From Trichlorobacter lovleyi SZ (GTDB lineage Bacteria > Desulfobacterota > Desulfuromonadia > Geobacterales > Pseudopelobacteraceae), in contig NC_010815.1 in the NCBI RefSeq assembly GCF_000020385.1, positions 1 to 32,000 on the forward strand: a stretch of DNA of 32,000 nt, written 5' to 3'. Below, one piece after another: positions 7,981 to 17,158 of the stretch (position 1 is its first letter; every line of letters starts with the position of its first letter). The position numbers and the translations under genes were made by a program. Below the pieces are notes generated by a model. That model made no database searches, was not told where the DNA came from, and saw only the letters and a list, made by a program, of their open reading frames with translations.

Positions 7981-9397
7981 GACAACTCCTGCAGGTTTGG
8001 ATAAAATATGCTGCTACTTCCGGTCGGGCGGCAAACTGCAGATGGATATAGCTTGCCAACAGATTGCCCTGCTGATAACCGCAGTCCCCGGCGTTGTTCA
8101 GGTTCCGTTTGACAGTCTGGTATGGTGGTGCCCCAATAGTTGGATCTTGTTCAATAATTTCAGAGTAGTGAAACTCATGGCCCCGCAGAACCTGACCTGC
8201 AGATCCCAACAGGGTCTCCTGCTGCAACGTCACCTCAACATACCCAAGGGCCTTGCGTTTGGGCAGCATCCGGGTATGAAACGGCAGGGCAGCCACCAAC
8301 TGCTGGCGGCTGCCGTCCAGCAACTCAATCCCGCGAGAAAGGTACATCAGGCCGCCGCACTCGGCATACACCGGTCTGTTGGAGGCGATGAAGGCCCTGA
8401 TGGCATCCAGCATGCCGCTATTGGACGCAAGCCGGGCAGCATGCTCTTCCGGGTAGCCACCACCCAGATAGATGCCGTCTAGACCGGGCGGCAGGCAGGT
8501 ATCATGAATCGGTGAAAACAGTACCAGCTCTGCACCGTTGGCGCTCAACGCCTCCAGGTTGTCGGGATAGTAGAAGTGGAATGCCTCGTCCCGGGCAATG
8601 CCGATCCGTACCGTGTCAACCACCCCCGGCCCCTCCTTGTCCAAGGAGGGGAGATTCCAGGCGGATTCCCCTCCTGCTTCAGGAAGGGACAGGGGTGGTA
8701 AGCGGTGCTCTCTTGCGGCCAGTTCCAGAATAACATCAAGCTGCAGGTGCTGTTCTATCTGCTCCGCCAATTCCTGCAGCAGCGCCGGTGTCAGGGGTGC
8801 GCTGCCTGCGGTCACCAGTCCCAGATGACGGCTGGGCAGGGTCGGCAGGGCATTGCGGGGGATAGCCCCCGCCAGCGGCGGCAGGGAGGCTGATGAAAGC
8901 GACTGGGCAAGCCAATCCGCATGGCGACCGGAACCGGACTGGTTGGCGATGATACCGCCGATCCGTACCCCGGCTTCAAAGCTGCAAAAACCGCTGACGG
9001 TGGCTGCCAGGGTGCGGGCAACACCGTGGCTGTTGACCACCAGCAGCACCGGCAGACCCAGCCAGTGGGCGATCTCGGCGCTGCTGCCTTCCGCGTTGAC
9101 AGGGCTTGCACCATCAAACAGCCCCATTACCCCTTCAATAATCGCAATATCGGCATCGGCGCTTTTTTCCGCAAACAGGTTCCGCACATACTGCTCGCCA
9201 CACATCCAGCCGTCCAGGTTGTAGCAGGGCCTGCCGGATGCCAGGGCCAGCCAGGTGGGGTCAAGGAAATCAGGGCCAATCTTGAAGGTCTGCACAGTCA
9301 GCCCCTGACGTTTCAGCGCGGCCACCAACCCCAGGGTGACTGAGGTCTTGCCGACGCCGCTACCGGTACCGGCTATCAGGATTGCGCCTTGTGCCAT
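7955..9397 (-). CDS. cbiA: Cobyrinate a,c-diamide synthase CbiA/CobB
   Basis: 480 aa. It has an N-terminal P-loop (IAGTGSGVGKTSVTLGL), FKIGPDFLDP, and a C-terminal glutamine amidotransferase part (YAECGGLMYL, RGHEFHYS). Overlaps the cbiC start by 26 nt. Confidence 0.9.
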   Translation of the reverse strand: MAQGAILIAGTGSGVGKTSVTLGLVAALKRQGLTVQTFKIGPDFLDPTWLALASGRPCYNLDGWMCGEQYVRNLFAEKSADADIAIIEGVMGLFDGASPVNAEGSSAEIAHWLGLPVLLVVNSHGVARTLAATVSGFCSFEAGVRIGGIIANQSGSGRHADWLAQSLSSASLPPLAGAIPRNALPTLPSRHLGLVTAGSAPLTPALLQELAEQIEQHLQLDVILELAAREHRLPPLSLPEAGGESAWNLPSLDKEGPGVVDTVRIGIARDEAFHFYYPDNLEALSANGAELVLFSPIHDTCLPPGLDGIYLGGGYPEEHAARLASNSGMLDAIRAFIASNRPVYAECGGLMYLSRGIELLDGSRQQLVAALPFHTRMLPKRKALGYVEVTLQQETLLGSAGQVLRGHEFHYSEIIEQDPTIGAPPYQTVKRNLNNAGDCGYQQGNLLASYIHLQFAARPEVAAYFIQTCRSCHAIKPAYP

Positions 9398-10809
9398 CAG
9401 GTTTCATCCCGTATCGTTGTGCAGGGGAACCAGTCCATGGCGGGTGCCACCCCTGCCACATCGCCCACCACCACCAGGCCGGGGCGTTGTGGACGATGTC
9501 TGGCCGCCAACGCTGTAATGGTTGCCAGAGTAGCCAGATAGCGGGTCTGTGTTGGATGGGTGCCTTTGGTGATCAACGCAACCGGCGTGGAAGGGGCTCG
9601 ACCGTAGCGGATCAGGTTTTCAGCGATCTCAGCCAGCACCGTACTACCCATCAGCAGTACCAGGGTGTCGGGGCCTTGGGCCATCCGCTGCCATTCCTGC
9701 TCCGACAGCAGCGTCCCCTCCTTTTTGTGCATGCTGTAAAACCCTACCGATGAGGCAAACTCCCGGTCCGTCACCGGTATTCCGGCGTATGCCGGTGCTG
9801 CCAAACCACTGCTGACGCCGGGAATGATCTCAAACGGGATACCGTGTTCAGCCAGCAGACGGGCCTCTTCACCGCCACGGCCAAACATCAGCGGATCGCC
9901 CCCCTTCAACCTTGCTACAACAACACCGGTTTGGGCCTTGGCCAGGAGCAGGGCGTTAATCTCAGCCTGGGTCGGGCAGGCGCCCCCCTTGTGCTTGCCC
10001 ACATCAATATGTTCTGCAAAGGGGCAGTACTGCTCCAGCAACAGCGGATTGGCGTAGCCGTCGTACAGCACCACCTCTGCCTCCTGCAGGCGTTGCGCCC
10101 CCTTGACCGTTATCAGACCCGGATCACCAGGGCCTGCGCCGATCAGGTAGACCAGCGGCCAGCCCCCAACAGTAGCCGTGACCCGGATGCCTGCCGCCGT
10201 CTCTAGCAGAGCTATGGCTGCATCCTCCTGCCCTGATCGCAGCAATGACAGCACCTTGACCGAGCAACGCGCCATGGCCCGCAGCCCCTGTTTGCGCTGC
10301 GGTTTTGACAACTGCTGCCAGGCCGATCCATCGCGCACCGCTGCCATCAGTTCGCAATAGCGGGTATAGGTATCATCGTAGTGGTTTTGGGCGTGATCCC
10401 GCAGCAACCGGCTGAAGGCCGGGTTTACGCCCTCTGTTGCAAAGGAGACGGTCAGACTTCCACGCCGCAGGGTAGCGGGCAGCAGAAAATCACCGGCATC
10501 GGGATGGTCGGTCCGTTGCGCCAGTATGCCGCGACTTGCAGCGCCATCCAGTACGGCTTGATTGACGGCAGGGTCATCGGTGGCGGCAATCACCAACTGC
10601 ATGCCGTCAAGTTGGCTGGCGGTATAGGGCGCGGTCACCGTACTAACCTGGGGTGATTGCCAGACCGGGTCGTCACAGAAAACCGGGGCAACAACCGATA
10701 CACGCGCTCCATATTCAATCAGTTTGCTGCATTTACGTGCCGCAACGGTTGAACCGCCAACAATCAGGCAGGGGCGGTTCTCCATCTGAATCTGCAAGGG
10801 AAGAAACAT
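9397..10809 (-). CDS. cysG: Fusion of precorrin-2 dehydrogenase (SirC/CysG-N-like) and uroporphyrinogen-III C-methyltransferase (CobA/SUMT)
   Basis: N-terminal Rossmann segment (CLIVGGSTVAARKCSKLIEYGARVSVVAP) plus a C-terminal SUMT (VYLIGAGPGDPGLITVKG, LKGGDPLMFGRGGEE, IPGVSS). I place the start at the ATG at 10809 (MFLPLQIQME...), which shares one nt with the cbiO stop. The 25 extra codons of the ORF track overlap cbiO and are probably not translated. Confidence 0.85.
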   Translation of the reverse strand: MFLPLQIQMENRPCLIVGGSTVAARKCSKLIEYGARVSVVAPVFCDDPVWQSPQVSTVTAPYTASQLDGMQLVIAATDDPAVNQAVLDGAASRGILAQRTDHPDAGDFLLPATLRRGSLTVSFATEGVNPAFSRLLRDHAQNHYDDTYTRYCELMAAVRDGSAWQQLSKPQRKQGLRAMARCSVKVLSLLRSGQEDAAIALLETAAGIRVTATVGGWPLVYLIGAGPGDPGLITVKGAQRLQEAEVVLYDGYANPLLLEQYCPFAEHIDVGKHKGGACPTQAEINALLLAKAQTGVVVARLKGGDPLMFGRGGEEARLLAEHGIPFEIIPGVSSGLAAPAYAGIPVTDREFASSVGFYSMHKKEGTLLSEQEWQRMAQGPDTLVLLMGSTVLAEIAENLIRYGRAPSTPVALITKGTHPTQTRYLATLATITALAARHRPQRPGLVVVGDVAGVAPAMDWFPCTTIRDET

Positions 10810-11669
10810 CAGATACTCCTCATACCGGCGGACTGCTGCCGGATACTGGTTACCAGGTCGTCGATACTGCGGGGAATGGGACATGTTGACGCTATAAGCT
10901 GGTGCTCCAGCAGGGCATGGTAGAGTTTCAGCACTGCAGGTGTTCCCAAACCAAGTGCGGCAAGGGCGTCGAGTGAACTGGACAGTCGCCCGGTTTCCTG
11001 ATTACCCCTGCAGTTTCCGTCGGCAATCAGCAGGATATGGTCAGACCAGCGGTAGATAAAATCACCGTCATGGGAGGCAAGAATGATACTCATACCCTGT
11101 TGATGCAAGGTGTCGAGAATCGCTTCAAGTTCGGCCTGCATCGGCTGGTCAAGCCCCGCCATCGGTTCATCCAGAACCAGTACCTCCGGCTGCATGGCCA
11201 GTAGTCCGGCAATGCAGACCCGTTTTTTCTGGCCGTAACTTAAGGCATGCACCGGGCGATTGGCGTACTCTGCCATACCGACTGTTTGCAAGGCATAACC
11301 AACCCGACTGTTCACCTCTTCAGCGCCAAGCCCCAGGTTGATCGGACCAAAGGAGACATCCTCCCGTACGCTGGCCGATAACAGTTGGCTATCAGGATTC
11401 TGGAACAAAAACCCAACCTTTGAGCGGAGAGAACGCAGGCTGGTGCGGCTGTAATCAAGTGGCTGGCCGGCAAACACGACCACGCCGGAATCAGGGCGCA
11501 GAATGCCGTTCAGCATCTGTAACAGGGTGGTTTTACCGGCACCGTTGACCCCCATCACAGCGGTACGACTGCCCCGTTTAATGGATAGGCTGCAGTTGAT
11601 AAGTCCCCTGCTGTCGTCGGGATACCGATAGTTGACGTCGGTAAATCTGAAAAGTTCTGAATAGTTCAT
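10809..11669 (-). CDS. cbiO: ECF cobalt transporter ATPase component CbiO
   Basis: Walker A GVNGAGKTTLLQ, signature LSYGQKKRVCIA and Walker B LVLDEP. The start is placed at the ATG at 11669 (MNYSELFRF...), in ATGA overlap with the cbiQ stop. Confidence 0.9.
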   Translation of the reverse strand: MNYSELFRFTDVNYRYPDDSRGLINCSLSIKRGSRTAVMGVNGAGKTTLLQMLNGILRPDSGVVVFAGQPLDYSRTSLRSLRSKVGFLFQNPDSQLLSASVREDVSFGPINLGLGAEEVNSRVGYALQTVGMAEYANRPVHALSYGQKKRVCIAGLLAMQPEVLVLDEPMAGLDQPMQAELEAILDTLHQQGMSIILASHDGDFIYRWSDHILLIADGNCRGNQETGRLSSSLDALAALGLGTPAVLKLYHALLEHQLIASTCPIPRSIDDLVTSIRQQSAGMRSI

Positions 11670-12394
11670 GGAACAAGCAACGTCAGTATGATCATACAGG
11701 TTCCGCCCAGCAGGGCAACGGTCAGATCCCGGCCCGTATCTGCATACACCGGGGTGATGAAGTGCAGCGTGCCATTGCTGCAACGGGTTTCTGCTGCCAG
11801 ATCAAGGGCCGTTGCCCGTTGCCAGACCTGCAGGGTAACAGCGGCAATCATCTGGCCAAGAGAACGGAAGGCATGGCGCGGGCCGTCGTAACCCAGGCGG
11901 GCAGCTTGGGCAGTTTGAATCTGGCGGACAGTAGCCAGCAAGACGAACAACATCCGGTAGCCGATTACCGCTATATCCAGCATCAGATCAGGCAGTTTCA
12001 GTTTGCGTAATAACGCAATGATTTCAGACATAGGTGTAGTCAGCGCAAGAAACAACAACGCTGTAATTGAAGCGGTAGCTCTACCGCACAGTTGCATTGC
12101 CTGATTATGGCCGACACCGGTAAACGTGATGCCGGAGCCGTCAAACGATACAAGTAACGTCATGGCACTTATCCCAAGGAAAAACAGGGCAGGAGCAATG
12201 GCACGCAGATACTGGCTAACTGGAATACCGGCTCCGACAATGGTGATCAAAGCAATAATGAGCGCCAGTGTACCAGCCAGCCACGTCTGTCCGGCCAGAA
12301 AAGCTGCACAGATACCGCAGATACCAAAAACCGCCTTAGCGGCAGGGTTTACCTGCCGCCAGCGGTTAGTATAGGCATTTTGATCAATCAGCAC
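11666..12394 (-). CDS. cbiQ: ECF cobalt transporter T component CbiQ
   Basis: 242-aa polytopic membrane protein between cbiN and cbiO. The C-terminal ARxxR-type segment (AQAARLGYDG) is typical of EcfT/CbiQ. Confidence 0.85.
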   Translation of the reverse strand: MLIDQNAYTNRWRQVNPAAKAVFGICGICAAFLAGQTWLAGTLALIIALITIVGAGIPVSQYLRAIAPALFFLGISAMTLLVSFDGSGITFTGVGHNQAMQLCGRATASITALLFLALTTPMSEIIALLRKLKLPDLMLDIAVIGYRMLFVLLATVRQIQTAQAARLGYDGPRHAFRSLGQMIAAVTLQVWQRATALDLAAETRCSNGTLHFITPVYADTGRDLTVALLGGTCMIILTLLVP

Positions 12395-12720
12395 CGTGTA
12401 TTGTTCTGTTCTTTCTGCAACTTTGATCGTGTGGCGGAGCTTCCCAGATAATAGCCGATAAATCCGGCCCCCAGTGCGGCCTGTAGTGCAAACAGGAGCG
12501 ATTCTATTTCACCACTTGCCGGTTCAAAGAACGGCTCAAACCACGGTTTATAGTCGGGAACAATCTTTTTGATCAGCTCTTCTGCCTCTCCATCAGCACC
12601 AGCAAAAATTTCTACCTTTTTCCCGTCCGGTCCTGGTGCAGGACGCTGAACCGTAAACAGAGGAATAAGTGCCAGTACGATAACTGCAATGATTAAAGCG
12701 ATATTTTGATGCCGTTTCAT
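12388..12720 (-). CDS. cbiN: Cobalt transport protein CbiN
   Basis: 110 aa with two terminal TM helices and an [12 protein letters not shown]...[33 protein letters not shown] core typical of CbiN. Overlaps both cbiM and cbiQ. Confidence 0.88.
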   Translation of the reverse strand: MKRHQNIALIIAVIVLALIPLFTVQRPAPGPDGKKVEIFAGADGEAEELIKKIVPDYKPWFEPFFEPASGEIESLLFALQAALGAGFIGYYLGSSATRSKLQKEQNNTRC

Positions 12721-13394
12721 GCCTTCACCTCCTGTGGGACCGGCAGATTCATCGACTGCAGTTCGCGGGCGTTGTAGCGAGCGAGGGCATTGAACACCAA
12801 CACGGTCAAAAACCCCTCACTGGCAGCCAGTGGGATCTGAGTCAGAGCAAAGATGCTGGCAAATTTGGCAAAGGAAGCGGCAAAACCACCAACCGGATCA
12901 GGAAAGGCCAAAGCCAGCTGTACCGAGGTCGTTACATAGGTCAGCAGATCTCCCAAGGCAGCGGCTAAAAAGATTGAAAGCCCAAAGGGGAGCTTGATCG
13001 CCTGAGCCAGACGAAAGACACCATAGGCTGCAAAAGGTCCGACAATCGCCATGGAAAAGATGTTGGCCCCCAGCGTAGTCAGGCCACCATGGGCTAGCAG
13101 GATAGCTTGAAACAACAACACAATTGCCCCTAAAGGAGCCATTGCAGCTGGTCCGAACAGTAATGCCCCAAACCCGGTGCCGGTTGGATGGGAACAGCTA
13201 CCGGTTACCGACGGGATTTTGAGAGCAGACAAAACAAAGGTGAACGCGGTTGCCACCCCCAGCAACATCCGCTGCTCCGGGTGTTCTGCAACTCTTTTTT
13301 TAATGCTGTAGATGCCATAGGCAACAAACGGGGCCGAAGCTGCGCTCCAGGCCACGGCATGTTTTACCGGTAGAAAACCTTCCATGATATGCAT
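12717..13394 (-). CDS. cbiM: Cobalt ECF transporter substrate-capture component CbiM
   Basis: The canonical CbiM N-terminus MHIMEGFLP starts at the ATG at 13394, preceded by AAGGAAAA. The longer ORF-track version (to 13601) runs through the riboswitch and is rejected. Confidence 0.9.
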   Translation of the reverse strand: MHIMEGFLPVKHAVAWSAASAPFVAYGIYSIKKRVAEHPEQRMLLGVATAFTFVLSALKIPSVTGSCSHPTGTGFGALLFGPAAMAPLGAIVLLFQAILLAHGGLTTLGANIFSMAIVGPFAAYGVFRLAQAIKLPFGLSIFLAAALGDLLTYVTTSVQLALAFPDPVGGFAASFAKFASIFALTQIPLAASEGFLTVLVFNALARYNARELQSMNLPVPQEVKA

Positions 13395-13462
13395 GAGTTT
13401 TTCCTTTCTGATGTTTGCTTCTCTGTCGGCTTCCTCAACTCCATCTGTTTGAAATTTTGTAC

Positions 13463-13500
13463 AAAAAAAGTCCGCACATGCTGAAAGCAGATGCGGACTT
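13463..13500 (-). terminator. Rho-independent terminator, expression platform of riboswitch copy 2
   Basis: Minus-strand AAGUCCGCAUCUGCUUUCAGCAUGUGCGGACUU hairpin followed by U7 (plus-strand A7 at 13463-13469), about 70 nt upstream of the cbiM start. Confidence 0.75.
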
Positions 13501-13575
13501 ATCGTATTTAAAGTCTGACTAATCGAGGCGTACTCTCCCATTACCAGAGGGATTCTGTTGAGTGTTGAGATCATC

Positions 13576-13740
13576 GGCAGGTCTTCTGGCTTGCGATTCA
13601 TCCTCCGGGCGTCTTCCCAATCTAATGATCAGTGACATTATTGCCCTTTGTCCTCGCTTACAGCGGCGGGTCCGCGGGGGACTCTTTCCAAATGGAAATG
13701 CACCCCTCTTCCCTATCAAGCCCCTATGGGCACCGTGATT
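13576..13740 (-). promoter_or_regulatory. Cobalamin riboswitch aptamer, copy 2 (controls cbiMNQO and the cbi operon)
   Basis: Minus strand reads GGUGCCCAUAGGGGCUUGAUAGGGAAGAGGGGUGCAUUUCC..CCCCCGCGGACCCGCCGCUGUAAGCG..GUCACUGAUCAUUAGAUUGGGAAGACG..AAGCCAGAAGACCUGCC (B12 box). A TTGACA hexamer at 13812-13817 is a possible -35. Confidence 0.9.
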
Positions 13741-13829
13741 TGATTTATTTTGCTTCTGCACTGATTCGGCAGAATATGACGAACTGCGTTCCTAGCTGAA
13801 TAGTTGCGGCATGTCAAGAGGTTAGTCGT

Positions 13830-13916
13830 TCAACAACGTTCCTGTAGATGTTGTAACACCACGTTGCCGGGATAGTCAATGGTGGTGAATGGAATCAGGC
13901 CGCCGATGGTGAGCAT
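13830..13916 (-). pseudogene. Possible 5' remnant of a radical-SAM activase gene (NrdG-like N-terminus)
   Basis: The 28-codon ORF MLTIGGLIPFTTIDYPGNVVLQHLQERC* begins with the IGGLxPF(S/T)TxDYPG block. I recognise this block as the N-terminus of anaerobic ribonucleotide reductase activating proteins. The CxxxCxxC cluster that should follow is absent. The match is from memory only. Confidence 0.3.
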
Positions 13917-14131
13917 GCTGCTTAACCTCTCAGTTCAGATGATGGATTACTGATTTTTTCCAACTCTATGTCCAATGCCGATACTGACGTCAATATCTCA
14001 AGTAGCGCAACCAGCAATGAAAAGATCAATACGAACAGGCTGACTACAGGATCATTTTTTCAACCAACATCCCGGACTCTTTGTTTCTCCTCAATATTTC
14101 AAAAACGCTAGTTCCCTTCCTCCATAGCGAT

Positions 14132-14359
14132 CTATTTTTCTCCTTTTTTATAACACACAAATATCAAAGTCCCGCTAAAAAGCATAACACATATAACAAA
14201 CATTGGAATAAACAATGAGCTATCTTTTAAAGCAAATGCGCTGATTCCAATAAGTAAAAAATATATCAGCAAAACAAACCAGCCTTGCCATGTAACAGGT
14301 TTCCCCCATCCAATACCGATAGTTTTTGCTCTAAACCAAAACTGACTATTTTTGTTCAT
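14132..14359 (-). CDS. Small hypothetical membrane protein (2 TM)
   Basis: ATG at 14359 (MNKNSQFWFRAKTIGIGWGKP...) preceded by GGAG, with two hydrophobic helices, in AT-rich sequence. The upstream part of the 100-aa ORF-track version overlaps a transposase remnant and is probably not coding. Confidence 0.45.
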   Translation of the reverse strand: MNKNSQFWFRAKTIGIGWGKPVTWQGWFVLLIYFLLIGISAFALKDSSLFIPMFVICVMLFSGTLIFVCYKKGEK

Positions 14360-14430
14360 GATGGCTCCACATGTTCCATAAATTGTCACAACTAGCAGGC
14401 CGTTGAAAATCGGCTCGATTTGAGCCTGTT

Positions 14431-14592
14431 TCAATCAGCCGGTTGTTTTTTGAGTTTGTCGTGCTGTTCAGATGTTGCTGTTTTCGGTTTTACTGTGCTA
14501 CGAATGGCACGTAGTGGATGATCTTTGGGTACAAATGATTCAGGTGTTACATAGGCAAAAAGAGCTTCATTCTGGATATTAGTTTCGCGCAT
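14431..14592 (-). pseudogene. Transposase N-terminal remnant (IS5/IS1182-type DUF772 region)
   Basis: The 53-codon ORF starts MRETNIQNEALFAYVTPESFVPKDHPLRAIRSTV... The LF-Y-x-x-E-x-VPxDHPLRxIR block is the conserved N-terminus of IS5/IS1182-family transposases. Similarity stops after about 34 codons and the ORF ends soon after. Confidence 0.45.
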
Positions 14593-14802
14593 AACATTCC
14601 TTAGCAATACCGAGATGTTGTGCGCATAAATATACTAATAAACGGCTGTCTTTACTACTTCAATTTCAACAGCCTGCTAGCGGCTAGATTCGTGATCTTA
14701 AAGATGCAGGTAGATCAATTTTTCAGGCGATACCTAGAGGCAAATGTTATGGGTCTGTTACTCCTCAATAATTAACTTCAAACAAAGATTACGCTATAAT
14801 TA

Positions 14803-15834
14803 TTAGTTTATCTCCCCAAAAACATCCAATTTCCCCAATAGAAGCTCCCAAAGATATATAATAATCTTTTTTCTGGTCCGAATGATGTCTATTTCAGCCA
14901 ACAAGCCAAATTGGAAATTATATATTTGACCATTTTTTTTTGCATAGGAATCAGCTAAATCAATTGTGACTTCAAAATACCTCTGTTGTTTTTCATCTTT
15001 TTCGTCGGCACTTTGGTTCATAATCTCTGTGTTTAGTTTCAACATTGGAATACTGCTAATAGCAGTAACTGTCCCTGTAAATACCTTGAACTCCATGAAT
15101 GGAAACGCACTGATCTTAATTTTTGTTGTATCGCCTATTCGCACTTTGGGAATATCCCGTTCGGGAACATAAGCTTTGACAACCCATTTGCTGAGATCTG
15201 CTACTATGGCAACGGTTTCACCCTCTTTAATACTGGTTCCGACTCTTTTCTGCAGATCTGGCGTTACAACTACACCAGCTATAGGAGAAAACAGTCGAGT
15301 TTTTTTGACCTTTTTTCGCCGCATCTCTACTTGCTTTTCTTCCTTATTAACAATTGACTGCAATATAGCTATGTCGGGGATTTCAGATACCTTCTTTTCC
15401 GAAAGTGTGGGTATTACGTCTTTATAAACGGCATATGACATTTCGTATTTCCTGATAGTTTTCAGCAGTTCAGCACGTGCGGCCTTCAGACTTTCTTCTG
15501 CCTGAAAAAGATCATTATGATACTGATCCTCTGTCAGCTCTACAATAAGCTGATCTTTTGCAACAATATCACCGCTATTGCAGTGAACTTGTTTTATCGT
15601 AGACGGTATCTCAGTGCGAACTTCGCTATATGTGGCAGGCTCAAGCGCACCTTTTGCTCTAACTGCTAAATTTACAGAAAATACAGATATGAAAATAACA
15701 ACTAGAACGAGTAGCACCCCAAAAACTACAAGAACGAGATGCATGATGTTATAAACTAACGAAAACCCCCGCTGCAAAAAGGAATTTGGTTTCTGATTTG
15801 TGATGTCCGTACTAAAATTTGGTGATTGGTTCAT
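14803..15834 (-). CDS. HlyD-family membrane-fusion / periplasmic adaptor protein (orphan)
   Basis: 343 aa with an N-terminal TM anchor, a lipoyl-like half-motif (GDIVAKDQLIVEL ... SPIAGVV), a central coiled coil and a beta-barrel segment (GETVAIVADLSKWVVKAYVPERDI). The gene is visibly AT-rich. No partner pump gene is nearby. Confidence 0.6.
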   Translation of the reverse strand: MNQSPNFSTDITNQKPNSFLQRGFSLVYNIMHLVLVVFGVLLVLVVIFISVFSVNLAVRAKGALEPATYSEVRTEIPSTIKQVHCNSGDIVAKDQLIVELTEDQYHNDLFQAEESLKAARAELLKTIRKYEMSYAVYKDVIPTLSEKKVSEIPDIAILQSIVNKEEKQVEMRRKKVKKTRLFSPIAGVVVTPDLQKRVGTSIKEGETVAIVADLSKWVVKAYVPERDIPKVRIGDTTKIKISAFPFMEFKVFTGTVTAISSIPMLKLNTEIMNQSADEKDEKQQRYFEVTIDLADSYAKKNGQIYNFQFGLLAEIDIIRTRKKIIIYLWELLLGKLDVFGEIN

Positions 15835-15984
15835 TTTTTACCTCAACTACTTAGAGTTCATTTTCAGTGTGTCCTTATTGCTCCTTGAAATCATTAGAGC
15901 GGTTCCCCCCCTGCGCTCTATAATACTCACGCTTTTTCGGACAGGTAGTTAAGTTTGGTTTGCCGTAGATTACGGGGGTAATCT

Positions 15985-16272
15985 ATGATGGCGACCATGC
16001 GAACAAAGCGGAGTCCTGAGTTCAAGGCCAAGATAGCCTTGGCGGCTTTACGTGGCGACAAGACGATAAACGAGCTTGCCACCCTCTACAGTGTACACCC
16101 GAATCAGATCACGGCCTGGAAGCGTCAGGCCCAGGAACATCTGGTTGCGGTCTTTGACAGTAAGAAAGCCAAATCCTCCAAGGCTGATGAAAAGCTGCAG
16201 GAGGAACTCTATCGCCAGATAGGCCAGCTCAAGGTTGAACTTGACTGGCTCAAAAAAAAATCTGGCTTGTAG
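15985..16272 (+). CDS. IS3-family transposase OrfA (HTH plus leucine zipper)
   Basis: 95 aa. RSPEFKAKIALAALRGDKTINELATLYSVHPNQITAWKRQ plus the C-terminal heptad LYRQIGQLKVELDWLKKK are typical of IS3 OrfA. Confidence 0.85.
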   Translation: MMATMRTKRSPEFKAKIALAALRGDKTINELATLYSVHPNQITAWKRQAQEHLVAVFDSKKAKSSKADEKLQEELYRQIGQLKVELDWLKKKSGL

Positions 16273-17158
16273 CACCGCCCGCAAGCGTGAGCTGATCGAC
16301 TGGCGTCATCCAACGATCAGTATTGCCCGGCAGTGTGAGCTGCTTGGAGTAAGCCGCTCTTGCCTATACTATCATCCGGTTCCGGCTTCCAACGAGAACC
16401 GGCTTTTGATGCGGCTACTTGATGAGGAATACACCCGGCATCCGTTTCTGGGTGTCATCAAGCTCACCAACTGGTTAAGGAGCCAGGGATATTGGCATAT
16501 AGGCACCCGCAGGGTACGGCGACTGTTACGGCTCATGGGCCTGATGGCCATCTATCCCGGCCCGAATCTAAGCAAACCGGCGCCGGGCCACAAGATCTAT
16601 CCCTATCTGCTGCGCAACGTTGAGGTAGAGCGGGTTAACCAAGTCTGGAGTGCCGATATAACGTACATTCGGCTCAAGACCGGCTTTGTCTATCTGGTAG
16701 CCGTTGTCGACTGGTGCAGCCGGTACATCCTGGCCTTTGAAATCAGCATCACTCTGGAGGCCGACTTCTGCATCGAAGCGCTCCAGCAGGCGTTAACCAG
16801 AGGTACGCCGGAGATATTCAACAGTGATCAGGGCTCTCAATTCACAAGCCCTCGTCACACGGAAATTCTGCACTTGGCTGGTGTCAGAATCAGCATGGAT
16901 GGCAAAGGCAGAGCCCTCGACAACATTTTTGTCGAACGATTCTGGCGCTCGGTCAAATACGAGGAGGTCTACCTCCATGATTACGAATCAGTGCAAGAGG
17001 CCAGAATCGGGTTAAAGCGCTACATCGAGTACTACAACAACGAACGGCAGCATCAATCACTGGGCTACCAGACACCGGCTGAAGTCTACTTCAAAGGTCT
17101 GCTCAATGAAGTTGACCAACTGAAAAACAGGGACAACAACAGGCACGACCAAACTTAA
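16235..17158 (+). CDS. IS3-family transposase OrfB (DDE/rve catalytic domain), probably made as an OrfAB fusion by -1 frameshift
   Basis: DDE core (WSADITYI..., NSDQGSQFTS, ERFWRSVKYEEVY). OrfB is in the -1 frame relative to OrfA, and the overlap contains the A9 run at 16252-16260 (an A AAA AAA type slippery site). Confidence 0.85.
   Translation: MNLTGSKKNLACSTARKRELIDWRHPTISIARQCELLGVSRSCLYYHPVPASNENRLLMRLLDEEYTRHPFLGVIKLTNWLRSQGYWHIGTRRVRRLLRLMGLMAIYPGPNLSKPAPGHKIYPYLLRNVEVERVNQVWSADITYIRLKTGFVYLVAVVDWCSRYILAFEISITLEADFCIEALQQALTRGTPEIFNSDQGSQFTSPRHTEILHLAGVRISMDGKGRALDNIFVERFWRSVKYEEVYLHDYESVQEARIGLKRYIEYYNNERQHQSLGYQTPAEVYFKGLLNEVDQLKNRDNNRHDQT

Noticed and set aside
10810-11783. Extended starts given by the ORF track for cbiO (11783), cysG (10884), the methyltransferase (31922), the IS5 transposase (18636) and the small membrane protein (14434)
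   Set aside because: Each extension overlaps the preceding gene or non-coding element and adds Arg/Pro/Ala-rich or non-homologous residues. Internal ATGs give family-typical N-termini and ATGA-type coupling.
13395-13761. N-terminal extension of the cbiM ORF (to 13601) and the 80-aa ORF 13519-13761
   Set aside because: Both run through the riboswitch aptamer and terminator. CbiM homologues start at MHIMEGFLP (13394), which has its own SD.
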